Positions 12,912 to 25,462 of a stretch of 64,000 bases of DNA are shown in pieces; positions within the stretch are counted from its first letter, which is position 1; the number at the start of each line of letters is the position of its first letter. Source of the DNA: Lama guanicoe. Lineage: Eukaryota. Made by a program: the position numbers and the translations under genes. The notes beneath the pieces are model-generated. The model searched no databases. It worked only from the letters and a program-made list of their open reading frames with translations, and was not told where the DNA came from. The stretch lies in the NCBI GenBank assembly GCA_013239625.1, contig MU055549.1, positions 1,116,001-1,180,000 of the forward strand. The letters run 5' to 3'.

Positions 12912-13003
12912 CTAGGACAGCGAGGTGATGTTGGAACGCCCGCCGGGCGGCGCCATGATCTTCTGAGCCGTGCGTCGGGCGATGTGGTCATCGGCCTGAG
13001 ATC
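12912..13003 (-). CDS. DPYSL4: DPYSL4 exon 14 coding part (SQADDHIARR...ITSLS*)
   Basis: cccag|GA TCT CAG; TAG at 12914-12912. Confidence 0.95.
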
Positions 13004-13683
13004 CTGGGGAAATGGCGGGGGTGGAAGCGGCAGCTCGGGGAGGGGACACAGACAGGCTGGCCGCATCCTGAGCCCAGGACTGCAGAGCCCCCACTCCCCA
13101 CACGCTCCCCGACGGCCATGGCTGAGGCCAGAGACTGGAGGTCAAGGTGGAACCTCCAAGAAGCCTGTCCAGAGGAGCACAGGCCAGGTGCGTCCTGTCC
13201 GTCCCTCCTGGGGGTCTTGCCCCGCATGGGACCCCTGATGGCCCAGGGCTACCCTAGCCTTTAAGACGACACTGCATTTCAAAGAGGATCTGGCCCTGGC
13301 CCTACGTCCCCAGGAGGGGAGCAGGGACCGCCGTCACCTCCCAGAGAGGGAGGAGACAGGACATCGGGGGTGGGTTGGCCTCCACCCAGGGGCTGGGGAG
13401 ATGGAGGAGGGTCTGGCTCTGGTTTGCAGCGAGACCTGGGTGCTCAGTGCTTCCCTTAGAATCTGTGCCCCTCAGCATGCTGGGAGCACAGCCAAGACCC
13501 TGACCAGAGGCCCGAGCCTGGCGGCTGCACGCAAAGCCCACCCACCAGAGCCCCCACGGACCCAGACCCCTTCCTCACGCGCCTCACACGCAGCCCTGGG
13601 GCTGGGGCCCCGAGGGCGGGGAGGCTGGACTCCGTGGGGTCCTTGAGTCCCACAGAGGCTGGGCACCCCCAGGTTCAACTCAC

Positions 13684-13849
13684 CAGACAGGCTGAACCCC
13701 GACTGGTGCAGGTTGCGAACAGGCGGGACTGAGATCTTCCCGGGGCAGGTTGCACGGGCCTGGGCGCCGCCCCCCGGCTTGGTGGGCACCATCACCTCGT
13801 GGACCGGCCCGTCGTAGAGGCCTCGGGGCACTCCGTGGATCTCCGCCAG
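13684..13849 (-). CDS. DPYSL4: DPYSL4 exon 13 ([16 protein letters not shown]...GFSLS)
   Basis: cacag|CTG ... G|gtgagt, 166 nt. Confidence 0.95.
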
Positions 13850-15439
13850 CTGTGGGCCGAGGGGGCTGGGCGTGAGGGGGCGCTGGGCTGGCCCTCAGCG
13901 GAGGACGGGGGTCCCGGGAAGAAGAGGGCCCGGCCTGCTCCCCTCGCAGCTGGACGCCTAATGTGGGTGTCCCCCAAGTGCAGACACACACCTCCCTCCG
14001 CCTCCCTCCTACCCGTGTGGACACGCACCTCCCTGCTCCCTCCTACACACATGGACACACCCCTCCCCCTGCACGAGTGTGGGCACACCTTCCCGCACAC
14101 GCCCCCCCCCCAAACTGGGCAGCAGCGCCCTGAGCAGGAGGAGCTGCTCAGACGGGAGGCCCAGCAGAGGAGGCCTCATTCTGGGATCAAAAAGTGGCCC
14201 AGCAGTCACTGCCCCCTGAGCGCCCACTGCCCCGCGGTCTCCACGCGGCCCCCACGCAGGCCCCGCTCTGTCCCCAGGAAGCCCTGGGCCCTGTCCTCCA
14301 CGAATGGCCCCCAAAGTCAGACACCCTTTCCTGGGGGGTTGCCCCCCATGACAGATGAACTGTCTGAGGGTTGAAGTAAAACCTTCAGAAATTCTTGTTT
14401 CCAGCTGGCAGCACCCTGGGGTTCGTGGTTCACACTCACGACCTTAGGCCTGAGCCCGCCCCTGGGGTCCTGACCTGACCCTGCCCTCGGCCGGGAGTCC
14501 CAGCGGGGCGGGGGCACAGGCAGGAGCGAGCGTGGGGTGTGGAGTCTGAGGACCTGGGTGTGCACCCGGCCCCACCACCCCGGGTGTGTGATGAGGAGCT
14601 GGTCCCCTCTGCCTGCTCTGTGCCGTGGCTGCGCACGGGCTGGTCGGCCACCTCACAGAGCTGCCTGTGGCCGGCGCCCCCGGGGGCCCTGGACCTCTCC
14701 CCTCGGCTGGGGTGCCCAGCCCTCGGCCCTGGCCCCTGCCTCTCGCCCTGCTCAAACCCTGGAGCACTCCCAGGTCAGACCTGGGGAGGCAGCCACGAGG
14801 GCCCTGCCAGCCTGAGCAGCGGGGTCTGGTTAGGACAGACTCCACTCTCCCAGGGAGAAACCCACGCACGCCTGGCCCCCAGGACCCGCTCACAGCCTGT
14901 CCCGAAAGCCACCCCTCGTCACCTCCAGTTCAGATACCCTAGAAAACTGGAAACAGGGCTGGGAAAAGCAAACCGGTGTGCACAGTAACCGCGTGTGCAC
15001 GAGTGTGCTCGTGCCTGACTCGCCGCCCCTGCTGCACAGGGTCCGGGCGACACCCAGGCACCTGTCAGAGGCATCGGGCAGCTGGCCAAACCCTCATGGG
15101 AAGAAAGGCTCCCCACTTCCAAGTTCAGAGGCGCCGCTGCAAAGCACACGTCCTCAGTGCTGACTGTATCAAGGTGCGCGCCTGCTCACGGGCTCTCCCG
15201 GGAGGCCTCCGCCAGGTTTAGTGGACGTCGGCCTGGCGAGGGGCTACTAGGGGTCTTTATGTGCCTCGCTCCCATGCTATCTACGGCCACACGGGCTGCC
15301 TGGTAACGCAGCAGGCAAAACGCTGCTAAGCACGGCCGGGAGCAGTGGGGCCGCTGTGTTTTCCTGCCCGAGGCCGTCGGCAGACCCAGGGGAGCCCCGA
15401 AAGCTCCACGCCTGCCCGCCTGCCCAGCTCATGCCTTAC

Positions 15440-15619
15440 CCTGTTGCGAGCCTTTATCCTCTTGTAGACAAAGTCCGGGAACGTCTTCCGGGGGATGAAG
15501 CGGCCAGCCCCGGGGGTGACGAATAGGGCCCCGTCCTCCATCACCACCCGGCCCTGGCTGATGACCACCGTGGGGACTCCCCGGCACTCAACACCTTCAA
15601 AGGCGTTGTACTCCACGTT
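15440..15619 (-). CDS. DPYSL4: DPYSL4 exon 12 (NVEYNAFEG...KARNR)
   Basis: cccag|AAC ... AGG|gtaagg, 180 nt. Confidence 0.95.
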
Positions 15620-15861
15620 CTGGGGAGACAGTAGCCCTCAGCCCAGGGCTGGCCCGCGTCCTCACGTTCTCGGACCCCGCAGGCTGGGCGGGATTCAGGA
15701 GGAAGCCGTGTTCTCAGGAGCCCCGCGGGTTCCTGTGGAGCCTTCCCTCGGCCGGGGCAGGCCCCGCCCGGCACCCTCCCCGCCCCGCTGCCCCTGCCCA
15801 GGAGCGCTGTGGCTCCCAGCCGGACCCCAGCCTGACCCCACATGGAACCTGCGTCTCTCAC

Positions 15862-16032
15862 CAGGTTGTGGTTCTTGGCAGAGATGATTTTCGTGGCCCT
15901 GGGGTTCCATATAACCAGGTCAGCATCAGAGCCCACAGCCACCCGCCCCTTCCGTGGGTAGAAGTTAAAGATTTTGGCAGCGTTCGTACTGGTCACGGCG
16001 ACGAACTCATTCTCGTCCATCTTACCCGAGGC
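15862..16032 (-). CDS. DPYSL4: DPYSL4 exon 11 ([10 protein letters not shown]...GSDADLVIW...NHNL)
   Basis: cccag|GCC ... CTG|gtgaga, 171 nt. Confidence 0.95.
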
Positions 16033-16704
16033 CTGGGAAGCAAGAAGGCCTGGGTGAGGGGAGGGAGGGCCTGGGTGACCCCACGTGGGGCTGCTCTTGG
16101 GGCTCTGGTGTGGAGGCGGTCCCTGTCCCCCAGGCCTCGGGCAGCATCAGAACCCGCTGCCTGCGAGTCGACGGGTCCATCTCAGTGACGCCTGCGGGTC
16201 TGGTCCTTCCTGGGCACGAGGCTGCTCACTAAGCAGGCAAGTCAACGCGGACGTTTCCACAAAGATGTCCATGTTCCTGAGGGACATGACAGTCCCCCTG
16301 GGGTGGCCAGGAACCAGGGTCAGGGCCCCAGGAAGGACTCAGGGCCAAGGTTGGGGGATGCAGACAGAGGCCCCCAGGTAGGGCCCTCCAAGTGAGATGG
16401 ACGTCTGAGGAAATGGCAGGCCTTCTGGGGAGACCACGACATCCCAGAGTGTAATTCTACTGGGGCAGGGACCCTGCTCCCCCAGGGCCATGTTAGGACC
16501 CCATCGTTGTGGGGTCTTTTCCAGGGGGACCAGAAACAAATGTCTGAGGAGCCCTGGATGGAGGGCAGGGTGCGACACCCTGGGGCCCACCCACTCCAAA
16601 CTCTGCTCCACTCAGTGAATTCACTGGTCAAGTGACCTCCCTTTCTGATGAACGGGCAGAATTCCAGTGTGGAGGGGACCCCATGCCCCTACTTCTGCAC
16701 CCAC

Positions 16705-16846
16705 CACGCATTTCTCCCAGACCACGGACATGCGCTCTTCAATGCCGTTGGTGCCCTCGGGGATGAGTGTGAAGTTGTCCTTGCCGACAGCCTTCTGGGC
16801 AGTGGTGAAGGTGCAGTGGGCACTGCCCGTCACCTGCAGGTCCCCG
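16705..16846 (-). CDS. DPYSL4: DPYSL4 exon 10 ([11 protein letters not shown]...WEKCV)
   Basis: ctcag|C ... GTG|gtgggt, 142 nt. Confidence 0.95.
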
Positions 16847-17100
16847 CTGAGGAAAGCCAGGGTCAGAGGAGCCCAGGGGCCTGTCCTTCCTGACTGGCAA
16901 AGGCCCTGTTGGCTCCACTCTACCCCGAACCCGGGCCACACGGCCCATGGGGGCCAGAGGCTGTCAGAGAGGGCAGCGCTGGGGCCTGAGTGCAGGGCAC
17001 TGGAGGGCAAGGACATCGGTGTGGATTCTCTGAATGGGAGAGGCCTGGAGCTGCAAGCGGCAGGGGTCAGGGCACTGGGGCCGCAGGGGCAGCTCCCTAC

Positions 17101-17257
17101 CTGGACAGCAGGGAGGTGAGGTGGTCTGCCGTGGTGGGGTCCGGGTTGATAGGGGGCGATGTGACGAAGGCCGCGGCCTTGGCCCAGTTCTTGCTCCAGT
17201 AGTGCGAGCCGTCGGTGCCCAGGCTGGCGGTGATGGGCTCCCCAAACACAACCACCC
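17101..17257 (-). CDS. DPYSL4: DPYSL4 exon 9 ([11 protein letters not shown]...SLLS)
   Basis: cgcag|GG ... AG|gtaggg, 157 nt. Confidence 0.95.
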
Positions 17258-17648
17258 CTGCGGTGAGGCAGTGAGAGGCACCGCGGCCCATGTGCGCCCG
17301 GACCCCAGCAGGGCCAGGCCTCAGCACGGTGCTGCTCACGCCCCAACTGCCCCTCTGCTTCCCGGCCCTGGATGGCTCATCCCCTGCTTCCGGGACACCC
17401 GGCCCGGGGCTCCCACAGTGGGTCCCTCTGTACCCGCGCCCTCACACCCCTGCAGGGGGCCTGCAGAGAGACACTGCCAGCTGACTGCCCACCATGCCTG
17501 CACATGCCTGCATGCGTGGACTCTCTCACTGACCCACCGCCTCCTACCTGGGCCTCCGGGGCAGAGGGCACACGGCCTTGGTCCAGCCAGCCAGGCCCTG
17601 GGAGGCTGAGGACTGGGCTGACCCCAGCACCCCACCTGCCACGCTCAC

Positions 17649-17769
17649 CTCTGCGCTTGGCTCGGGCCACCACGTCGGCCGCGCTCTTGCTCATGACCTT
17701 GGTGACGTACAGGGGACAGTTGGCCTGCTTGGCGATGGTGACGGCGCGGTACACGGCCTCAGCCTCCAC
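17649..17769 (-). CDS. DPYSL4: DPYSL4 exon 8 (VEAEAVYRA...AKRR)
   Basis: cccag|GTG ... G|gtgagc, 121 nt. Confidence 0.95.
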
Positions 17770-18078
17770 CTGGGGACCAGGGTGCTCAGGCTCCACAAGG
17801 GCCCTGGGGCCCCTGACGGGGGGTGGGTGTGGCCCTGGGGCCCAGAAGGGGCACCCGGGGCGGGTGAGGCCCTCAGCCGGGGCTCGGTGCCCAGAATCTG
17901 GCTGACCCACCAGACCCAGGGTCGTCTAGCCTCGCAGAAAGGCCTCGGGGTCACAGCGGGGGTGGGGGGGTCTGACTCACACCTCCCAGGTGAGGGCAGC
18001 AGGATGACAGCCCTGCCCGGGCCAAGGGGCCAGCTCCCACCCCTGGTGTGGGGAGCGCTCCGAGCAGGTCACTCCTAC

Positions 18079-18147
18079 CTCCTCGGGGTGGCTGAGCACG
18101 TGGCCCTCAGGGCCGGTGACGCCGAGCTCCAGCAGCCGCTTCTGCTC
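18079..18147 (-). CDS. DPYSL4: DPYSL4 exon 7 (EQKRLLELG...SHPEE)
   Basis: tttag|GAG ... GAG|gtagga, 69 nt. Confidence 0.95.
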
Positions 18148-19413
18148 CTAAACACACACCGGGGTACCTCGTTCCAGCCGGGGAGCAGGGCCCAAGGGCC
18201 TCGCCTGGGCGCGAAGTCCACGGCCCAGGACCATGGCTCCCCCAGAGGGGTCCTGACTCCTGACCTCTTACGTGAGGCCTGAACTCCAAGATGAGCCCTG
18301 GGCCCTGACCTCTCAGGTGACCCCTGACCTCCTGACCTCTCACGTGAGTCCTGTTCCCCAAGATGAGCCCTGACTTCCAGGCCCCCAGAGTCACCAACCA
18401 CAGAGAACTCAGAATGGAGCAGAGGGGTGACCTGGAAGGGGAGTGACTCCAGCTCCCTAAATTATGGGTGAGGGGACAGGGCTTGCAGAGGGGAAGACCT
18501 GGCCCAAGGCCGCAGGTCCCTGAGGGAGGGGACGAGACCCCCCAGCCTCGCTGCCCTGTGTCTCCCCAGTGGCTGCATGTCTGGGGTGATGTGGGGGTCT
18601 GCAGTTAGGGGTGGGGGCTGCTTCCTCCGCTGGCTCCCTCGTCCCAAGGGCCTGGGCCTCAGCCCCTCTAGTGGAAACGAGCTTCGGTGTGGAGAGTGTG
18701 GGAGCAGAACCCCCCCCAGCACCGTGGGGTGTCCCCGCCGGCACTCTGCCCACCGTCCTGTATGCTGAGCTTGACCCTCGACGTTCCGCGGCCTCGGGCC
18801 CTGGAGTCACAGGCAGCGCCCATGCCCTGAACCCCAGGCGCCCCTCCCTGGCTGTCTCCACCTTCCTGTTGATCGCGGGTTGGGGCAGAGCCTGACCTGT
18901 TCCAGGAAGCCTCTCTGTGGGTCTCGAATGTCAGGGAGGTGTGCTGTGTGTGTGTGACCCCCCAGGAACCCCGGGACCTCCCTGGGGCCCCGCCTCGCCT
19001 GCACCCGTGGGCGCTGGAGCTGACAGGAAAACAAAGAGTGAGGGCAGAGGCCGAAAGCGCCCCTCCCACAGTTCTGGGCCGCAGGGAAGGTGGGAGTTGG
19101 GAGGGCTGTGACCGAGGACAGGACCACCAACCCAGCCCATGCGCACGTGGGCAGAAGGAACAGCTGCGGAGGGGCCTCAGCCCAGGGGGCGGAGGACACG
19201 GGAACCCTGGCCTCAGGATCCTCCACGCGGCCACACTTTGGTTTGGGGGCATTTATGATAAGAAGTGTGATAATCATGGAAAAACCTACTATGGCCAAAG
19301 CCCCCGGGCTCCCTAACGCCCTTTGACCTGGGAAGCTATCTACTGGCTCAGGTTCAAGGCTCCCTCCCTCAGGTTCTCGGGATCAGCGCTCACGCCCGAG
19401 TGATCGCCCGCAC

Positions 19414-19494
19414 CTCCTCCACGATGTCCCCATTCTCTGCATGCACTTGGGCCACGGCTCCCAGGTCCCGGATGACGCTGAAGATCTCGTACAT
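19414..19494 (-). CDS. DPYSL4: DPYSL4 exon 6 (MYEIFS...[10 protein letters not shown])
   Basis: ctag|ATG ... GAG|gtgcgg, 81 nt. Confidence 0.95.
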
Positions 19495-19584
19495 CTAGGG
19501 AGAGAGGCGCCCGGCACGTGGGGCCACGTCTCCCGGCAGCAGCCCGAGATGCCTGCTTGTCCCCCTCCCGGCACCCGGCCTTAC

Positions 19585-19646
19585 CTGGCCGTCTGTGCAC
19601 TGGTACCTGTCCTTGTACGCCATGAAGACCAGGAAGGAGTTCACGC
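19585..19646 (-). CDS. DPYSL4: DPYSL4 exon 5 (VNSFLVFMAYKD...Q)
   Basis: ccag|GC ... CAG|gtaagg, 62 nt. Confidence 0.95.
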
Positions 19647-20541
19647 CTGGAGGGGAGGCAGGAGGGTCTCAGAGGGGCGGTGGGTGGTGGCCCTCCCTGG
19701 GAGCAGGGAGGTGCTCACCAGCCAGTAGGCAGCCCTCGGGCCCTCGGCCCTCCTGACCAGCAGGAACAGGGGATGGAATCAGCCCAGCCCCCTTGCTCCT
19801 GTGCTCTGGGGTCAAGAACCAATTGTTCCCCTGTGGGAAGCGCAGGTCAGACCCCTCACAGCCCCTCACTAACGCCCCCATGGCCCCCGACTCCTGCACC
19901 ATCATTAGCCCCTGCCACCCCCAACAGACGCTCCTCAGGCCCCTCCCCCCACCCCGCGGCCAGCACGTGCCCTTCCTGGCCTCCCAGCCCACGCAGGCCC
20001 TGACCCTCCCTCCGCCTCCTGGCTGGAAGCTACAACCACGTTCGAAGTTGATCACCAGGGATCAGTTATGACACCCATCTAACTTCTATCAAGTCCACTA
20101 TAAACTCTGGTGTGGTTTTAGATTCAGGACTTTTGATTTAAAAACAAAAATTAAGCCGTGTTTATAAACAGTCCTATTTCAGCAGAGGCAGCGATGGGGT
20201 CAGCGGGGTTAAGCCATTCTCCTTCTAAGGGGTCTTCAGGTGCTAGGGAGACACAGAGCACCTTTCCCTCACCCAGGGCTGAGGAACAAGTGGGCCCCGG
20301 TGGCAGCTGTGACTGGCTGTCCTCTTGTAAGGAGAACGGCCACAGGACGCACCCCCAGACACGGGACACAGGTGACCTCTCAGTCCAGACCCTTGTGGGG
20401 TAGACTAGGCCCTCAAATTGCTCTTGTCCAACTGCCCCTAGTTCCCGGCCACCCGCCCTGGGTCAGATGGACAAGAGCCCACCCGAGGCCGGAAGAGCCC
20501 AGGCCCTGCAGCCGCCCCGACTCAGCCGCAGCCCCGCTCAC

Positions 20542-20706
20542 CCTTGTCCTTGACCAGCGCCTCCAGCTCCTCCCTGATGCTCTCGTGCCAGCGCGGAAGG
20601 TCCACGTGCAGGGAGTAGTCACAGCAGGCCCCGCTGTCCGCGCGCTCCCGCCACTGCTCGTAGGCGGCCAGCAGGCTCACGCCCGCGTCAGGGAACACGT
20701 GGTCCA
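20542..20706 (-). CDS. DPYSL4: DPYSL4 exon 4 (DHVFPD...LVKDK)
   Basis: cacag|TG ... G|gtgagc, 165 nt. Confidence 0.96.
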
Positions 20707-22546
20707 CTGTGGGGGACGGCATGGTCAGCGGAGCCCCCACCCCGGCCACGGGGAACCACCTGGGCCTCCGGGGGAGAGCGGTTTCCTATTCCAGGGGACC
20801 AGGGAATGTGTTTGAGGAAAGCAGAGGAGAGGCTTCGCACCTTGAGTGGGGCTGGGGCTGCTGTGGACCTGCCTTACTTGTGGCCAAAGGGCGGAAAGAG
20901 GAGGTCCTCACTTCCTGATGGAAACACCCCAAAGAGACAGTGCCAGTTAAGGGCCTTAACCTCCAACACAGGCCTGGCTGGACGGGGAGGGGAGGCGCCG
21001 CTGTCCGTGGTGCTGGACCTGTGACCCTGCCCAAACGGTGCTCGGGACTGATTTCCCTCGTGCCTCACTGACCGCACACCCCTTGAACAGTGCTACCCAA
21101 TCCCCGGGGAAACTGGGGGTGCACGTGGCCACTGCACTGTCCTGCCACTCTGCTGGCAACCTCACATCCAATGTCCAAACACCACCTGCGGCATCTGCCA
21201 GGTGCAGGGAAAGAATTCAGAGTGGAGCTGCTGATGGGAAGGCACACTCATCCTGAGGTTACCGGTAAATGCCATGCCTTCCTCCAGCACACCCTCACGC
21301 AGGCCCGCCTGCATCCCACAGCTCAGATGGCCAACCCAGGGCCCCGCCCTGTGGGGGGTCACAGCTCCAGCCTGGGGCTGCAGCATCTCTGTCTGTCCTC
21401 ACATGACACCTGCCGACTTGCCTCAGCACTGGCAGGAGTGGGTGGCATAACCACAAATACGTCCTGCTCGGCCTGGGCCCCCAGTGGTAGGCAGGACCAA
21501 GGGTCTGACATGACGCATCTCCTTAGTCAAACTAGAAGGTGGACCATTGTTGTGCCCCCCCAACTTCAGAGTTCAGTAAGCCACACTGGGTCGTGATTTT
21601 GCAATGCCTAAATGTCACTCGTGAAGTAGCACGGAGCCCCCAGAGCAGCCCTTCCCGGCGGCAGCAGTGACGGCATTCACCACGTGCTGAGCACAGCAAG
21701 GCAACGACGTGCGCTGCCTCCAGGGAGGGCAGCCACTTCCTCCTGCCCGACAGAGCAGGAGAGTGTGTGGAGTTGCCTGAAGTCACACAGCAGGGCTGTG
21801 GTGCAGCCAGGGCTCCACTGGGTCCGTCAGACCAGGTATCTGTACTTGGCACTGCTGGGCTGATGGCACTCAAGCCCGCGGGAGAAGGGGCTGTGTGCTG
21901 GTGGCTCGTCCTGGCCCGAGCTGACCACGAGCAAGTTCCTGGTGGGCAAGTGAATTCACCTTGTAAGCTGTTCCCTGGGGCTTCTCTGCTGAGTTCAGAG
22001 CGTTTTTCGAGCAGAAGCAGGTTAAGGCGTGCTCGAGCCTGGCACAGAGCCGGCACCAAAAAAACTGTACCTCTGGGGTTGTTGATAGGATAACAGTATT
22101 TTTGTCATCCTTCTCCCCAAAACACAGCCTCTGTCTTTAGCTCTTCTTGACAGGGGAGGAAGTTTCTGCAAATCAGCCTCAGACGTATGAGGTTTGGGGG
22201 TAAAGGTGTCTGACATTTCAGGCAACACAACCCCTGCACTTCTCCGAGGCACCTGGGTTGTCCAAACCTAGTCCTTGGCCAGCTGCTAGCTCCCCAGGAA
22301 ATAATAAATTCCTGGGCACACATCCATCTGCTCCTGTGGAAATCCCAGGAGCATTCCAGAGCTGGCCAAGGCAGCATGACTCAGAATGAGGAACAGGTCT
22401 AATGAGCAGACACTCGAGGAGCCCTGGAGCGAGGCGTGGCAAAGAGAAACAGATCTGAGTGGACACCATTGGGCAAGGTTCTCCCTGTGACACCTGGGCC
22501 ATAGGACCGGGGTGTGGGAGGATGCTCGCCCACGGGAGACACTCAC

Positions 22547-22731
22547 GTATCATGGTGGTCCCTCCTGCTAGGGCTGCCTTGGTCCCCTGGCAGAAGTCGT
22601 CAGCTGGGGTCATGCCCATGACTGGCATCTGCAACCTCGTGTGGACGTCGACTCCACCTGGCAGGACCATCAGGCCGTGGGCATCGATGGTTTTGATGCC
22701 CCCAGGGACGATGAGGTTTTCTCCAATTTGT
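22547..22731 (-). CDS. DPYSL4: DPYSL4 exon 3 ([11 protein letters not shown]...GGTTMI)
   Basis: tttcag|A ... C|gtgagt, 185 nt. Confidence 0.96.
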
Positions 22732-23284
22732 CTGAAAGCAACAGAGAGCTCCCTGTTAGGAGGAGCCTGGATCGAGCGTGAATGGCCCCCTGGCCACGCT
22801 GCGGCACTGGACAGCTCGCACTCGGGCTCCTGTCCTTGAGGGAAAGGGCAGTACGGCCAAGACATGAGTGGCCCGGCCCCTGGAGACTGTCAGCGAGTGA
22901 GACAGCCTCTCAGCGGCTTGGGACGGTCAACACGGGGACCCGGCCCTGTGTGTCCACTTACGTGTCCACTTGCTGCTTTACTGACCAGAGGCTGCAGCTG
23001 CTCGACAGATGCAAGCAGAGAAGCCAACAGGTGTGGTCTGTCAGTGTGTATTAAGCACCTACTGTGGCCCCAGTCGTACTGAGGCTGTGACAACGAACAA
23101 GGAAGCCACTGTCCTGCTCTCAGCCCTCACTGCAGGCTCAGCTGGGGGGAGCTGTTTCCAGGGAATGAGGTTTTGGGAAAGAAAACAAGCACCCACGTGG
23201 ATCTCACCTGGAAGTGGACTTGGGTGAGTGTGGGGTCAGTGTGCACGCGTTTGACCTGTGAAGACAGCTGAGGCAGAAACTTAC

Positions 23285-23373
23285 TTTATCAAACCGTCCT
23301 CCACATAGAGATCCGCGTGAAAGGACTGGTCATCATTGACGATCCTCCCACCTCGGATCAGAAGGCGGTCACT
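23285..23373 (-). CDS. DPYSL4: DPYSL4 exon 2 (SDRLLIRGG...DGLIK)
   Basis: aacag|AGT ... AA|gtaagt, 89 nt. Confidence 0.96.
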
Positions 23374-23899
23374 CTGTTAGAAACAGAGAGATGGGTAAGT
23401 TTCCTCCACACTGAGTGACCCAACAGCACCGTTGGTACAACCTTTATTCTGGAATCAGGACTGAAACGTTCGGGCACAACTGTGTGTGTGAAATCCAGCA
23501 CAGGGCCTGCACAGTTTGCCACCCCTAGAGGGGCAGAGGCTGCCCTGGGGCAGTGGCTTTCGCGGGCGGCTGCCCACAGGCCCTGTACACGCCCTGCACC
23601 AAAGGGTCAGGCAGTCTGGGCTTGCCAAAGGCACAGGGATCAATGAACCAGGAAGCTTCCCGCTTCACCAAGGCCAAGCCCACATCCATGTGAGCAGCAG
23701 TGAAATGGATCATGTTCACATCTTCACGCGTGTCACCCAATTCACAAAGCCCAGGCCGAGGGGGAAGATGGACAGCGTCTTACACGTCCTGCTGGCCTGG
23801 AGGCTCTGCCCTCCTTGTCCACCCACACTGAGGCAGCTCCAGCTGACAGCTAGGCTGGGTTTGTACCAGAATCTCTGTAGCCTAAAATGGTGCTGGGAG

Positions 23900-24480
23900 G
23901 CAGGGTCCTACCCTGGAGGGTGACAGACTGTGAGGAGAAAGCACACACTGGCTGTCAGAGACTGTGACAAACACAAGAGCACAAATGGGGTGACTGGACA
24001 GGGTGATGGGAGATGAGGCACAGTTGCCTCACAGACAAAGAAGGGCCTGTTTGAGGGGCTAACACTGGGCTGACACAGCGCTCCAGGCCAGGGAGCAGTT
24101 CGTGCAAAGGCCCTGAGGCAGGAAAGAGCCTGGCTGATTTAGGGCATGAGAGGAAACTGGGGACCCAAACCTTCTGAGGGGAGGCAGGTGGGCTGGGACT
24201 TGCTGGGTTTGGGGAGACGATGGGCTGCCACTGCGGGGGGCGTTAAGTTGGGGTTTAAGCATAGTGTGATGTTAAAGAGATCACGCTGGCCTGTGTAGCA
24301 AGTAGACTGTTCTAGGATGGAAACAGGGCCATCGCTAGAGTGGTTTCTGATGGAGCTCTGGTGAGATGAGGGCCCGGGGCCAGGGCCATGGGACCAATGT
24401 GGCAGACTCCAGAGAGGCTGGGCATCAGGCAGTTCAGGCTGATGGACAGGCCATGGGGTGCAGGGCCAGGAAGACACTGG
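23900..24480. mobile_element. L2-like LINE relic
   Basis: gtgcaaaggccctgaggcaggaaagagcctggc ... taaagagatcacgctggc are typical L2 motifs. Confidence 0.5.
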
Positions 24481-25146
24481 GGTGACCGCAGGTTCTGGTG
24501 CTGCCTGGAGGCAGCCTGAGTGGGTGAACAAAGCGTCAGCCAGTGAGGCCAGCTCTGCAGGGCACCTCCACACAGGAAGCTGCGGCCCCGGGCAGCTGCT
24601 GACCTTCGCTCTGCAGCCATAAACCCACATCTAATGGTCTGGGAGGGGAGGAGTGAGGCAGAGTGGGTGCCAGTAGCAGAAACCTGCCTGGCCGTCCGGG
24701 GTGATGGTCTGACCCCAGTGGAGAAAGATGGAGAGAAACAGGAAAGGGAGCAGAACAGCCACACGCAGAGGGACGTGGGCAAGAACCCAGCCTTGCAGAC
24801 ATCTCCTTCTGTGACCCTGCCTGAGCCTCACTGCTCCCTGGGACTCGACCAGACAGGAGTGACCGCTGACTTCACAGGGGGCTGGCCCCCAGGTGCCCAC
24901 CCCAAGGCCAGGCCAGGGATCTAGCCAGGGGCTCTGGCATGCCACACACTATCAGCTTGATGCCAAGAGAATCAAACTGTGCAGTGCACTTAGCAGAACT
25001 CGAAGAGGCTGCCGAGATGATAAATAATTCACTGCTTATGAGTCTTATGACATCATTCTCTGTTCTTATCAACATCTAACGTTTTGGACTGAATTCTCAG
25101 ATTTCTACTGACTAAAGGTAAAACCACCACCCCACAGTCTACCAAA

Positions 25147-25462
25147 GGGTGGCCAACTGTGCCACAGGCCAAACACAGCCCTTGACCAGTCCCTGTACAG
25201 CCTGGAGTCAAGAATAGCTTGCATATCATATTGGCTGAAAGATATCAAAAGAAGAGTATTTCAAGACTCATAAAAATTATATGAAGTTCACATTTCAGTG
25301 TCCATAGTTAAAATTCTACTGGAGCAGTCACACCCGTTCATTTCCGTGCCACCTAGGACTGCTCTCCCTCAGAGCTGAATAGTTGCACCAGAAACAGTAT
25401 GGCCCACAAAGCTGAAAATACGCACTGTGTGAGCCACTGTGCAAGTCTGCTGACTCCTGGTC
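25147..25462. mobile_element. MER58-like hAT-Charlie DNA transposon relic
   Basis: aaaattatatgaagttcacatttcagtgtccata...tatggcccacaaagctgaaaata...gctgactcctg. Confidence 0.7.

Noticed and set aside
19495-19584. 90-nt 3n intron in DPYSL4
   Set aside because: Retention ends in an in-frame TAG at the acceptor, so there is no read-through isoform.
22547-22731. Degenerate amidohydrolase metal motif (DVHTR instead of DxHxH)
   Set aside because: Known: CRMPs are non-catalytic dihydropyrimidinase homologues.
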